From the NCBI GenBank assembly GCA_045106555.1, contig JBGCET010000035.1, forward strand, positions 3,551 to 67,550: a DNA stretch of 64,000 nt, in the 5' to 3' direction. Positions 1 to 8,870 of this stretch are shown in pieces. This stretch comes from Lysobacterales bacterium (GTDB taxonomy: Bacteria; Pseudomonadota; Gammaproteobacteria; Xanthomonadales; SZUA-38). A model generated the notes under the pieces. That model was not told the DNA's origin, searched no databases, and was given only the letters and a program-made list of their open reading frames with translations. Positions within the stretch are counted from its first letter, which is position 1, and every line of letters begins with the position of its first letter. The position numbers and the translations under genes are program-made.

Positions 1-148
1 CTGATTGTACGGACTGGCGCAGCGCTCCGGGGTAATTCACGGAAAATGACGCTTGTGCACGCCTTTTTGCCCGTACTGATCTTATTCAGCGGTCGGTTGC
101 GCTTCTGATAGTAAGTTCTTGACCCTGTCTGACGCTCTTGAGGTATCC

Positions 149-2281
149 ATGAAAAATCTGTTTGTTTCCCTTTTATTCACGCTGAACTGCTTGCATCTTG
201 CAGCGGCTAACACACCGATACCAGGTGTTGCCGGTTCAGCATTCTCTGTTGCTGACAGCAGCGACAAAGGGGGCTTGGCCATCTCCCTGATACATGAGGT
301 TCAGGGGGCAATGAGCAGCAGTCCTTTGAACGGTGAAGGCGTGCTGGTAGAAGCCATTGTTGTGGGCGATTTCCAAACCGGCGATGCCGATACTGGGAGA
401 GAACTTGGCGGCTTCTACGTGCAAGAAGAAGACAGTGATGCTGATGCAGACACGACGACGTCAGAAGGGGTGTTTGTCTTTGAGGGTGGCGCCTTCATTA
501 CCGATGTGCAGGTTGGCGATTTAGTTAGGGTGGCCGGTACGATGACAGAGGTCGACGGAGAAACCCGCATTGGGTCGGTAACCAGTATTTCAATTGTGAG
601 CCAAGGCAACGGGTTGCCGACCGCGTCGGAGATTGTGCTTATTCCCGATGGGCCCACAACGCTCAGTCAGAGCGGACGGCTGCAGCCGGACCTGGAAGCG
701 TTTGAAGGCATGCGGGTGACATTTACCGATACGTTGACTATTTCTGAGATGTTTCAACTTGTGCGGTTTAACGAAATTAAGCTGAGCCAGGGTGGCCGTC
801 TCGAGCAATTTACTCAGAGCAATCTGCCCGATGTTTCGGGGTTTGCTGACCACCTGCAAACCGTTGGATCACGCTCCATCGTCTACGACGACGGCCTGAA
901 CGTGCAAAACGCGCTGATCGGCAACCTGGACGGCTTTGGCCCAACGTTCAGCACTGATACCGATCTGCGCATTGGCGACACGGTAGCGGGTCTTGCCGGG
1001 ATACTCAGTTACCAATGGGCCGGCAATGCCGCCAGCCCGGCTACCTGGCGAGTGCGTGCCTCACGGGACGGCGAAAACACCTTCGACAAGGCCAATGAAC
1101 GACTGACAACGCCCGAGCCTGTCGGCGGCACCCTGAAAGTGGCGGGTTTCAACGTGTTTAACTACTTCAGCACGCTGCGGGACGCGGGAACCACCGCGAT
1201 AGGGGCCAATCCGCGAGGGGCTAGCAACGCCGCCGAATTTGCCCGGCAAACGCAAAAGCTGGTGACCGCACTGACCGCTATCGATGCCGATGTTGTCGGG
1301 CTGGTCGAGCTTGAAAATGATTTCCTGGTTGGTGCTAACGGCAATGCCCTGGACAACCTGGTTGCTGAACTCAACGCTGTGCTTGGCGCCGGCACCTATG
1401 CCTGGGTTAATCCTGGAGAGCAGTTTATTGGCGTTGATGCCATTGCCAATGGTTTGATCTACAAACCCGCGCTGGTGAGTGTTGTTGCGGTGGATTCCCT
1501 GGTCTTTCAGACCGCGTCGGGCAACGCAACCTTAGCCACTGCCCAGGTATTGAACCCGTTTGTTGGCGCAGCCGACCAAGTGTTTGACAATCAGCGTAAC
1601 CGTCCAACGTTGGCCGCCACGTTTGAAGATAGGGCAGGCCAACAACTCACCGTTGCGGTCAGTCACTTCAAAGCGAAGAGCGACAGCAACCTGCAGGACC
1701 TGGCGATGGAGGCCCAAACGGTGCTGGACGCTGGAACAACAGGATTCAGTCAAACCGACATCGATAATCTTCTTGCTGATCCAAACTACGATCAGGGTGA
1801 CGGCCAAGGCTTTTGGAACGCTGCACGCGCGGACGCCTCCTCCGAGCTGGCTCAGTGGCTATCTGACACCACCGGCGGCGGCTACGCCGCAGGCGCCATT
1901 GCCGACGCAGACTTTTTGATCGTGGGTGATCTCAACGCCTACGCTCAGGAAGACCCTGTGGCGGCGTTAGGCAGCCAGGGCTTTGTAGATCTGGCGGCAA
2001 CACGCACAACGAACCCAAGAAGTTTCATGTTCAGTGGTCAAAGTGGAACCTTGGACTATGCGCTGGCCAGCCCTTCATTAAGCAGTCAGGTCACCGGCGT
2101 GACGCTTTGGAATATCAACGCAGATGAACCTAACGCGCTCGACTACAACACGGACTTTAGCCGCGATGTTTCGATTTTTGACGGTGCTTTGCCTTTCCGT
2201 GCCTCTGATCACGATCCTATTATTGTGGGGCTGCGCCTGACCGACTTGCCACCGGAGATTTTCGCTGACGGCTTTGAGTAA
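149..2281 (+). CDS. Exported ExeM/NucH/Xds-family extracellular nuclease (endonuclease/exonuclease/phosphatase fold)
   Basis: ORF 119..2281 opens on TTG. The in-frame ATG at 149 lies 6 nt after AGGT and gives a signal peptide (MKNLFVSLLFTLNCLHLAAA). EEP-fold motifs are LKVAGFNVFNYF, VVGLVELEN, LIVGDLNAY and a terminal SDHDP. The N-terminal OB-like region resembles ExeM/Xds. The protein ends ...EIFADGFE-stop. Confidence 0.8.
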   Translation: MKNLFVSLLFTLNCLHLAAANTPIPGVAGSAFSVADSSDKGGLAISLIHEVQGAMSSSPLNGEGVLVEAIVVGDFQTGDADTGRELGGFYVQEEDSDADADTTTSEGVFVFEGGAFITDVQVGDLVRVAGTMTEVDGETRIGSVTSISIVSQGNGLPTASEIVLIPDGPTTLSQSGRLQPDLEAFEGMRVTFTDTLTISEMFQLVRFNEIKLSQGGRLEQFTQSNLPDVSGFADHLQTVGSRSIVYDDGLNVQNALIGNLDGFGPTFSTDTDLRIGDTVAGLAGILSYQWAGNAASPATWRVRASRDGENTFDKANERLTTPEPVGGTLKVAGFNVFNYFSTLRDAGTTAIGANPRGASNAAEFARQTQKLVTALTAIDADVVGLVELENDFLVGANGNALDNLVAELNAVLGAGTYAWVNPGEQFIGVDAIANGLIYKPALVSVVAVDSLVFQTASGNATLATAQVLNPFVGAADQVFDNQRNRPTLAATFEDRAGQQLTVAVSHFKAKSDSNLQDLAMEAQTVLDAGTTGFSQTDIDNLLADPNYDQGDGQGFWNAARADASSELAQWLSDTTGGGYAAGAIADADFLIVGDLNAYAQEDPVAALGSQGFVDLAATRTTNPRSFMFSGQSGTLDYALASPSLSSQVTGVTLWNINADEPNALDYNTDFSRDVSIFDGALPFRASDHDPIIVGLRLTDLPPEIFADGFE

Positions 2282-2331
2282 CCGGCAAGCGGGTGTCAGT
2301 GGGGCAGGGGTAGCCTATAATCCTGCCGCCT

Positions 2332-4230
2332 ATGCTCGCTCTTACCGACATCGCCATTCGCCGTGGCCAGAACGTCCTATTTAATGGGGCAAGCTTTCAG
2401 GTTCACGCCGGTCAGCGGCTGGGGGTAATTGGTGCCAATGGTTGCGGCAAGTCGTCTTTGTTTGCCATGCTTCGGGGCGAGTTGGAGCCCGATGACGGTG
2501 AGCTGTCGTTAGATTCCAATGACGTGATTGCCCATGTTGCGCAGGAGAGCCCTCAGGGCAGCGGCAGCGCGGTTGAGTATGTAATGGACGGCGACCAGGA
2601 GCTGCGTCGGGTGCAGGCTGCCATTGCTCAGGGTGAGGCGGCGGATACCCCGACGGACCTACATCTGCACTATGAAAAGATGGAGGCTATCGACGGTTTC
2701 ACCGCCGACTCAAGAGCCTCGCGCCTGCTGCACGGGCTTGGCTTTTCTTCAGAAGAATTCAACCAGTCTGTCAGCGCCTTTTCCGGCGGATGGCGAATGC
2801 GTCTTAATCTCGCCCGAGCCTTGATGTGTCGCTCTGACATCCTGTTGCTGGATGAGCCCACCAACCACCTGGATTTGCCGGCTATCCTGTGGCTGGAGCG
2901 CTGGCTGAAACGCTACGAGGGGATTTTGCTGGTGGTGTCCCATGACCGGGATTTTCTTGACCAGATCTGCACCCGAATCGCCCATATCGAACACCAGGCG
3001 GTCAACCTGTTCAGCGGCAATTACAGCCAGTTTGAAACCCTTCGCGCTGAACAGCTGGCACAACAGCAGTCGCTGTACACTCGCCAGCAAAAACAGATCA
3101 AACACATGCAAAGCTATGTGGATCGATTTCGTTACAAGGCGTCCAAAGCCCGTCAGGCCCAAAGTCGAATCAAAATGCTGGAAAAAATGCAGCAGATTGC
3201 CCCGGCCCATGTGGATTCGCCATTTCAGTTTCATTTTCTTGAGCCTAAAAAACAGCCTCAACATCTGCTTGGGCTGATGGATGCCAGCGCGGGCTACGAC
3301 GACCAGGTGATTGTTGACGACATCAGTCTGAATCTGGCTGCCGGCGATCGTCTGGGGTTACTGGGCGTCAACGGCGCGGGAAAATCGACATTGGTCAAAG
3401 CCCTGTGTACCGGCAGCACCTTGTTGGCGGGAGACCGAGTGCTGAGTAAAGATACTCGCATAGGGTATTTCGCTCAGCATCAGCTGGAATTGTTGCAGCC
3501 AGAGCGCAGCCCCATCGACCACCTAAGGGACTATGCGCCAGATGACCGAGAGCAGGATCATCGATCCTACCTGGGCCGCTTTGGCTTCAGTGGCGATCGA
3601 ATCTTTGAGCCGGTGGCGCCATTTTCCGGCGGCGAAAAGGCGCGCCTAGTGCTGGCGCTGATGATTCGCCAGGCACCCAATCTGCTGTTGCTCGATGAGC
3701 CCACCAACCACCTGGATCTTGAGATGCGTCAGGCCCTAAGCATCGCGCTGGTGGAATACACCGGCGCGCTGGTGGTGATTTCCCACGACCGGCATCTGCT
3801 GCGCAGCGTGTGTGATGAGCTGCTGATTGTGCATGAAGGCCGGGTCAACGAATTTGATCGCTCCCTCGACGAGTATCCGGCCTGGCTTAAAGAACAGGAA
3901 GTGACCTCTGAAACGGAGGACGGACAGGATGCCCATTCACCGGCTAAAACCGTCAACCGCAAGCAACAGCGTCAAGAGCAGGCGCAGCAGCGACAGCGCC
4001 TCAAACCTCTCTACAACAAGGTCCGCTCCACAGAGAAAAAGCTCGCGGAGCAACAGACCCAGCTGGCAACGCTTGAAGCAAAGTTAGCCGATGAGTCGCT
4101 TTACGCTGACGAAAGCCGGAAGGCGGAACTCAGTGGGCTGATTCAAGATCAGGCCAAGGTAAAGTCGACGATTGAAGCGTTGGAGATGGCGTGGCTGGAA
4201 GCCAGCGAGGAAATTGAACAAGCAACCTAG
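2332..4230 (+). CDS. yheS: ABC-F family ATPase (two ABC domains, no membrane domain), YheS type
   Basis: 632 aa. Two Walker A motifs (GANGCGKSS, GVNGAGKST) and two signature/Walker B pairs (FSGGWRMRLNLARAL..LLLDEPTNHLD; FSGGEKARLVLAL..LLLDEPTNHLD). Linker KQAQSRIKMLEKM and a C-terminal coiled coil. Collinear over full length with E. coli YheS as I recall it. Confidence 0.85.
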   Translation: MLALTDIAIRRGQNVLFNGASFQVHAGQRLGVIGANGCGKSSLFAMLRGELEPDDGELSLDSNDVIAHVAQESPQGSGSAVEYVMDGDQELRRVQAAIAQGEAADTPTDLHLHYEKMEAIDGFTADSRASRLLHGLGFSSEEFNQSVSAFSGGWRMRLNLARALMCRSDILLLDEPTNHLDLPAILWLERWLKRYEGILLVVSHDRDFLDQICTRIAHIEHQAVNLFSGNYSQFETLRAEQLAQQQSLYTRQQKQIKHMQSYVDRFRYKASKARQAQSRIKMLEKMQQIAPAHVDSPFQFHFLEPKKQPQHLLGLMDASAGYDDQVIVDDISLNLAAGDRLGLLGVNGAGKSTLVKALCTGSTLLAGDRVLSKDTRIGYFAQHQLELLQPERSPIDHLRDYAPDDREQDHRSYLGRFGFSGDRIFEPVAPFSGGEKARLVLALMIRQAPNLLLLDEPTNHLDLEMRQALSIALVEYTGALVVISHDRHLLRSVCDELLIVHEGRVNEFDRSLDEYPAWLKEQEVTSETEDGQDAHSPAKTVNRKQQRQEQAQQRQRLKPLYNKVRSTEKKLAEQQTQLATLEAKLADESLYADESRKAELSGLIQDQAKVKSTIEALEMAWLEASEEIEQAT

Positions 4231-4374
4231 CAGCCTGTTGAAAAAGTCTCAGCCGAGTGCGAGACAAGGCGGGAAGGGCCGAAAAAGCGCAGTGTACTGA
4301 CAGGTACATGAGCATTTTGAGGCGCTTTCCAACGCCGGATCGTGCCGGCTGAGGGTTTTTCAACAGTCTGCTAG
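4227..4374. repeat. Nested imperfect inverted repeat (29-nt arms, 26/29 complementary, about 90-nt interior with further inner palindromes) filling the convergent yheS / M64 intergenic gap
   Basis: Left arm 4227..4255 is ctagcagcctgttgaaaaagtctcagccg. Right arm 4346..4374 is cggctgagggtttttcaacagtctgctag. Inner pairs are AAAGCGC 4284..4290 / GCGCTTT 4322..4328 and TGTAC 4293..4297 / GTACA 4304..4308. The left arm includes the yheS stop codon. Confidence 0.6.
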
Positions 4375-4386
4375 CCTAAGGCGCGG

Positions 4387-6378
4387 TCAGCATTCGTTGG
4401 GCAGGGTAGCGGCAAGCCGCACCACTGCGGAGACCTTCTCGCCATCCTCGCCGTTCAGCGTAAACGTTCCTGTATCGCAGCTATCCAGGGTTATTTGCAA
4501 TGTCCCCCAACGTTGCAGGGAGTCGGGTGACGCTGGGGTTTGAAATCGGCCTTCGCCGCCAATCATCATCTCCAGCGCCAGCGGTTCGTTCCCAGGCACC
4601 GGGCCGGACACCGAATTACTCACTAACCATAACCGCGAACCGTCAGCGCGATAGCCAAAGTAAAACACCGTGATGGTGCCGCCGGCTTCGATAACATTAA
4701 ACCCTTCACCTTCCTTCGCTGGATCGAACCACAGGCCGGATGCGGAAAATCCTTCAGCCTGGATTGTCCAGGTCTCACTGAACAGCCGTTGCTGGGCGTC
4801 CAGCGCACCGGACAGAAACGGTGACCGATCAATCGCCGTAAGCGTTATTTCGTATTGGCCAGGCAAGTCCGCTTGAAAGTTGAACGTTGCCGTTGTGGCC
4901 AGCGACGGGTTTTCGAGATTGGGGGTGGCCGTTGCTGAGGTCATCAGCTGTCCATCAACTGCCCACTGTGTTTCAACCCCATGGGCCGGCATCAAAAGTT
5001 TTGCCGAAAGCGCCAGGGATTGGCCGGCATTAAGCGTGATCGTTTCAGCGGGTGATGGAATCTGAGACGCGGGTTCAATGACCGAGATACCGTTGTCGGG
5101 CAATCCCCAGCCGCCGCCGTACAGAGTGCTGACATAAGTTTGGGCGCAGACAGGGCAGAACTCTCTTCCCAATGACCGCATGGCGCATTGCTGAATTGGC
5201 CGATACATTCCTTGGCTTTGATAGCGGGCGCCTTCGAACAGCCCAACAACCTCCCGAGTGCCAAGATTTGTTGGCGTAGGAATGGCAACAGACTCATCCA
5301 CCCAACCACGCCACTTCAAATGGGTGCGTCGCGTTTCGTCCGTGGCATTGGCCTCACAGGGCGGCAGCGACAGATCCCGATCACTGCACGTTGGAGCGTT
5401 AGCAAAATCCTCATACTCATCGGTCAGCAGGGTGAACGAATGTCCCCATTCGTGGATCAATAGTTCGGGCGATAACGGATGGGTGGAAAAGGTGGTGAAA
5501 AATCCACCGGCGCCGCCGTAGGTGTCGTCATTCACAATCACGGCAACCCGGTCCCAAGGAAACGGCGCTTCGGCCGCCACCCGCGCGACAGCGTTTCGAT
5601 CCACGGTTAGCAGTCGATCGAAACCTGCAGTGCAGAAGGTGCCGTTAAAGGCGGTATCCACCTCCAGCGGCGCTTTGGGATCGGTGTCCTCGCATCCGGG
5701 GTGATCAGCGCCGGATTGGTTAGATCGTACAAAGTAGGGGTGAACGTCAAGAAACTCCCGATAGGAGCGATAAGGCTCGATGGCGAAAAAACCCTCGAGG
5801 GCTCGATCCACATCCTGATGGAACTTGTCTTCCTCGGCAGCGGTATAACCCTCGCCCATTAACAGCAGATTGACCCGGTTGAGCGATCGCTCGTCCTCAA
5901 CGGATCCGCCTTTCACCGTGGCTCCGCGCTCCCTCGCGATGCCAATCAGGTCATCCACTGACCATTGATGAGTCAAGGTGGCCGATTCACCCCAGTGTTG
6001 AACCACCACCGAAGGTGCTGATGCGGGAACTCGGAGTACCACCGTTATGGTGGGTTCGGTGCGGTGATGGGTAGCTGTTGACACCCTGGCCACCACCAGC
6101 CCGTTTGCGTCCACCGCCAGCAGGGTGTTGTGCCATCGCTGACTTGATACTTTGGCAGGAGTCCGGTGAGACATATCAATTTGTTGATAATAGGTCACCG
6201 CTGGCGCCGAATCGGTAACCGAGCCGGGGTTCAACTCCAGCACCAAGTAATGGGTCGCAGCGCCATGGGCACTGCTAACGCAAAGCAGCGCTAACAATCC
6301 AGCGACGATTGCCACGCGCCATTGAAAATCGGTCTTAATTTGTTGGACGGCCGAAAAGTGTTGGGTAGCGATGTTCAC
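4387..6378 (-). CDS. Exported M64-family (IgA-peptidase-like) zinc metallopeptidase with extra C-terminal module
   Basis: 663 aa with a GTG start and a signal-like N-terminus (VAIVAGLLALLCVSSAHG). M64 hallmarks are VNLLLMGEGYT and TYGGAGGFF, with zinc site HEWGHSF followed by DEYE. The last 116 aa form a separate module (see 4390..4737). Confidence 0.8.
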   Translation of the reverse strand: MNIATQHFSAVQQIKTDFQWRVAIVAGLLALLCVSSAHGAATHYLVLELNPGSVTDSAPAVTYYQQIDMSHRTPAKVSSQRWHNTLLAVDANGLVVARVSTATHHRTEPTITVVLRVPASAPSVVVQHWGESATLTHQWSVDDLIGIARERGATVKGGSVEDERSLNRVNLLLMGEGYTAAEEDKFHQDVDRALEGFFAIEPYRSYREFLDVHPYFVRSNQSGADHPGCEDTDPKAPLEVDTAFNGTFCTAGFDRLLTVDRNAVARVAAEAPFPWDRVAVIVNDDTYGGAGGFFTTFSTHPLSPELLIHEWGHSFTLLTDEYEDFANAPTCSDRDLSLPPCEANATDETRRTHLKWRGWVDESVAIPTPTNLGTREVVGLFEGARYQSQGMYRPIQQCAMRSLGREFCPVCAQTYVSTLYGGGWGLPDNGISVIEPASQIPSPAETITLNAGQSLALSAKLLMPAHGVETQWAVDGQLMTSATATPNLENPSLATTATFNFQADLPGQYEITLTAIDRSPFLSGALDAQQRLFSETWTIQAEGFSASGLWFDPAKEGEGFNVIEAGGTITVFYFGYRADGSRLWLVSNSVSGPVPGNEPLALEMMIGGEGRFQTPASPDSLQRWGTLQITLDSCDTGTFTLNGEDGEKVSAVVRLAATLPNEC
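4390..4737 (-). other. C-terminal module copy 1 (GLWFDP...WGT..C..G..TF...C) shared by three hydrolases
   Basis: GLWFDPAKEGEGFNV...YFGY...GGEGRF...WGTLQITLDSCDTGTFTL...RLAATLPNEC-stop. It aligns by eye with 59755..60123 and 61347..61748. Confidence 0.6.
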
Positions 6379-6473
6379 GAAACTTAGCGTACTTAAGCTT
6401 TCGTAGGTTTGCCAGTGCAGTCCCGAAGACGTTTCTTTATGGCTGTTACGGTGTTGCCGCTACAATACCGGCC

Positions 6474-8810
6474 ATGGCTGACGTGTTTGTCTCATACTCC
6501 AGAAAAGACCGGGATCGAGTGCGGCCGCTGGTGGACGCGCTGGAGCACGCAGGTCTCAGTGTTTGGTGGGACCGGGATCTGATCTCTGGTGAAGATTTTG
6601 GGCGCGCTATTGAGCGAGAAATATCCGCTGCAACGGCGGTGGTGGTGGTCTGGTCGAAACATGGCGCTGAATCTCAATGGGTTCGCGATGAGGCGAGTCT
6701 TGCCCAGCGTCAGAACAAACTCTTTCCCGTCAGTATCGATACCACGGTTGCGCCGCTGGGGTTTCAGCAGCTTCAGTCGTTGGACCTTTCTGCATGGAAT
6801 GGCGATCCGGAATTCCCAGAGCTGCAGTTGTTGGCCCAGCGTGTGGGTGGCAAACAGGATGAAAAACCAGCAAAACCAGTTGTGCCCAACAAGGAAACCC
6901 GGGGGGCGCTTTTTAACGGTGTGCTGGCGGTTTTACTGTTGGGTTGTGTCGCCCTGGCATGGTTTGGCCTTGGCGAAAAGTCGGGCATTGAACGTTCCGA
7001 CCCAAAGCAACACGATGCCATTCGACTGGCTGTGTTGCCGTTCTCCAACCTGTCTAACGATGCCGAAGACGAGCTGTTCGTTGACGGATTGTCTGAGGAG
7101 CTCTTAAACCGGTTTTCCGCAGTGGTTGGGTTACAGGTGCCGGGCCGCACCTCAGCGTTTCGCTTCAAGGGCAAAACCGGAGATCCCCAATCCATCGGTC
7201 GATCGTTGAAGGTTGAGTATCTGCTGGAGGGTGCAGTACGGCGCTCTGGGGACGTGCTTCGGGTGACCTGCGCGCTGATTGAACCTGTCACCGGCTTTAC
7301 CCGCTGGTCGCAAACCTACGATCGAGAAGTGTCTGATATTTTTCAGGTTCAGGATGACATTGCGCGGGCCGTTGTCAATCAGTTGCTAGGCGCTATTGAA
7401 TACGAGGCGACGTATCTTAAGTCGGAACAGGTAGGGGTGTCAGCAGACGCCCATATCCAGTATCTGGAGGGACGGGCGCTGTGGAGTCGTCGCAGCTCAG
7501 CGGCTACTGAGAAGTTTCGCAAGGCAATAGCGATTGATCCTGAACATGCGCTCGCCCAAGCCTATCTGGCCATTGCAAGTGCCTATTTCATTCGCTCTCC
7601 TGACCCAGAAATCAGCCAGTCTCTGAATGCAGCTGTGGCGCTCCGGCCGCAATCTCCCGACGTATTGTTTGCCCAGGGTTGGGTGGCCGAAATGTTGGGA
7701 AAATCCAGCCAATCCAGCTGGGAACAGTTTTATCAAATGGCGTTGCGGGCCAATCCGCGAAGTGTGGAGGCGCTTTATGCGGTCTATCGGCTTAGTAAAG
7801 ACCAAACCTTGCTGGAAACTGCGCTAGGCATTGATCCGGCCCATGTGCCGTCCATTTCTTCTTTGGCTGCTGAACGTTATCAGCTCAACGATATGGCGAG
7901 CGGCGGTGCGGTATTGGATCAAACGTACGCAGCGTTCCGCGATTTCCCCATCGGGGACCTTGCAGCTATCGCCAAAGACTACGGTGATATCTCAAGAATG
8001 GCGCGCCTGGTCTTTGCCGATTGGTCTCGACGCGAGAATTCTGACCCGTTTTCCCTGGCCCTGGGGCCGACGTTGCTGGCCGATTTTGGCCGCTTTGACG
8101 ATGCGCTGTTTTTCGCCTCCCAGAGCCCTGGACCATTTGGTCAACTAAATGCCGCTGCGCTGCGGGAAGACTACGACCAGTATATTGCTCTGTCCCGCGA
8201 CCCGCAGGTGCCCGGGGCGTTCCGGTCTTTTGCTCATGCGTTGGGTCTGACAGCAAACGGCAATCCAGCCGACGCGCTGGAGGTCTTGCAAAGGCGATGG
8301 CCAGAAGTCTTTACAGGCCAAAACTCTGGCGTGGATTCTGGGCGCTTTGGCTCCAGCGGAGATTGGGTCGCGATGCTCGGCGCAGTGGCTATGAGCCGGA
8401 TAGGAAAGGAAAGGGAATCGGCACAGCTTTTCCGCAAGATCCTTGCGTCAATTGAGAACAATATGGGGTCGGAGTTAATGTTCGACAGCTGGAGCGCTGC
8501 AACGCACCGGTCTATTGCCCACGCCAATCTGGGAAACCGGGATCAGGCGATGGCGTTTTTGCAACACGCTTATGATCGCGGTTTTCGGTTTCCTCGGTCG
8601 TATGGGTGTTCGTCATGTATCTGGCCCGCCATTGATGACCCCATTGGGTTTCTGGCACCGCTGGTGGGTGACCCGGAGTTTCAGGCGTTTATGAAGCGCC
8701 TGAATCTGGAAAATGAACGGCTGATGGCAACCATTAACGAGCGCTACGCAACGTTTGATACGTTCCAGGCGGCGAGAGACGCGGCAAGTGAGCGTGCAAC
8801 CGGCGAATAG
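6474..8810 (+). CDS. TIR domain - single TM helix - periplasmic sensor-like module + TPR repeats
   Basis: 778 aa. Residues 1 to about 125 follow the bacterial TIR pattern (VFVSYSRKD..GLSVWWDRD..SQWVRDE, with Glu73 at 6690..6692). One TM helix (ALFNGVLAVLLLGCVALAWFGLG). Next comes the IRLAVLPFSNLS..DGLSEELL module typical of TM one-component sensors, then about 450 aa of TPR-like helical repeats. Confidence 0.75.
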   Translation: MADVFVSYSRKDRDRVRPLVDALEHAGLSVWWDRDLISGEDFGRAIEREISAATAVVVVWSKHGAESQWVRDEASLAQRQNKLFPVSIDTTVAPLGFQQLQSLDLSAWNGDPEFPELQLLAQRVGGKQDEKPAKPVVPNKETRGALFNGVLAVLLLGCVALAWFGLGEKSGIERSDPKQHDAIRLAVLPFSNLSNDAEDELFVDGLSEELLNRFSAVVGLQVPGRTSAFRFKGKTGDPQSIGRSLKVEYLLEGAVRRSGDVLRVTCALIEPVTGFTRWSQTYDREVSDIFQVQDDIARAVVNQLLGAIEYEATYLKSEQVGVSADAHIQYLEGRALWSRRSSAATEKFRKAIAIDPEHALAQAYLAIASAYFIRSPDPEISQSLNAAVALRPQSPDVLFAQGWVAEMLGKSSQSSWEQFYQMALRANPRSVEALYAVYRLSKDQTLLETALGIDPAHVPSISSLAAERYQLNDMASGGAVLDQTYAAFRDFPIGDLAAIAKDYGDISRMARLVFADWSRRENSDPFSLALGPTLLADFGRFDDALFFASQSPGPFGQLNAAALREDYDQYIALSRDPQVPGAFRSFAHALGLTANGNPADALEVLQRRWPEVFTGQNSGVDSGRFGSSGDWVAMLGAVAMSRIGKERESAQLFRKILASIENNMGSELMFDSWSAATHRSIAHANLGNRDQAMAFLQHAYDRGFRFPRSYGCSSCIWPAIDDPIGFLAPLVGDPEFQAFMKRLNLENERLMATINERYATFDTFQAARDAASERATGE

Positions 8811-8870
8811 GGCGCGGTATAGGGTTTTCCCTATCAGGTTTTGAGAATTCTCCATGGTAATTTCGATTCC

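Noticed and set aside
82-282. 66-aa minus-strand ORF at the left edge overlapping the nuclease start.
   Set aside because: It is antisense to the nuclease signal-peptide region and has no motif or start context.
6589-7291. Two 172-aa ORFs (6589..7107 on the plus strand, 6773..7291 on the minus strand) inside the TIR-TPR gene.
   Set aside because: They are alternative-frame or antisense artefacts within a gene whose own frame carries the TIR, TM and TPR features. They show no independent coding signal.
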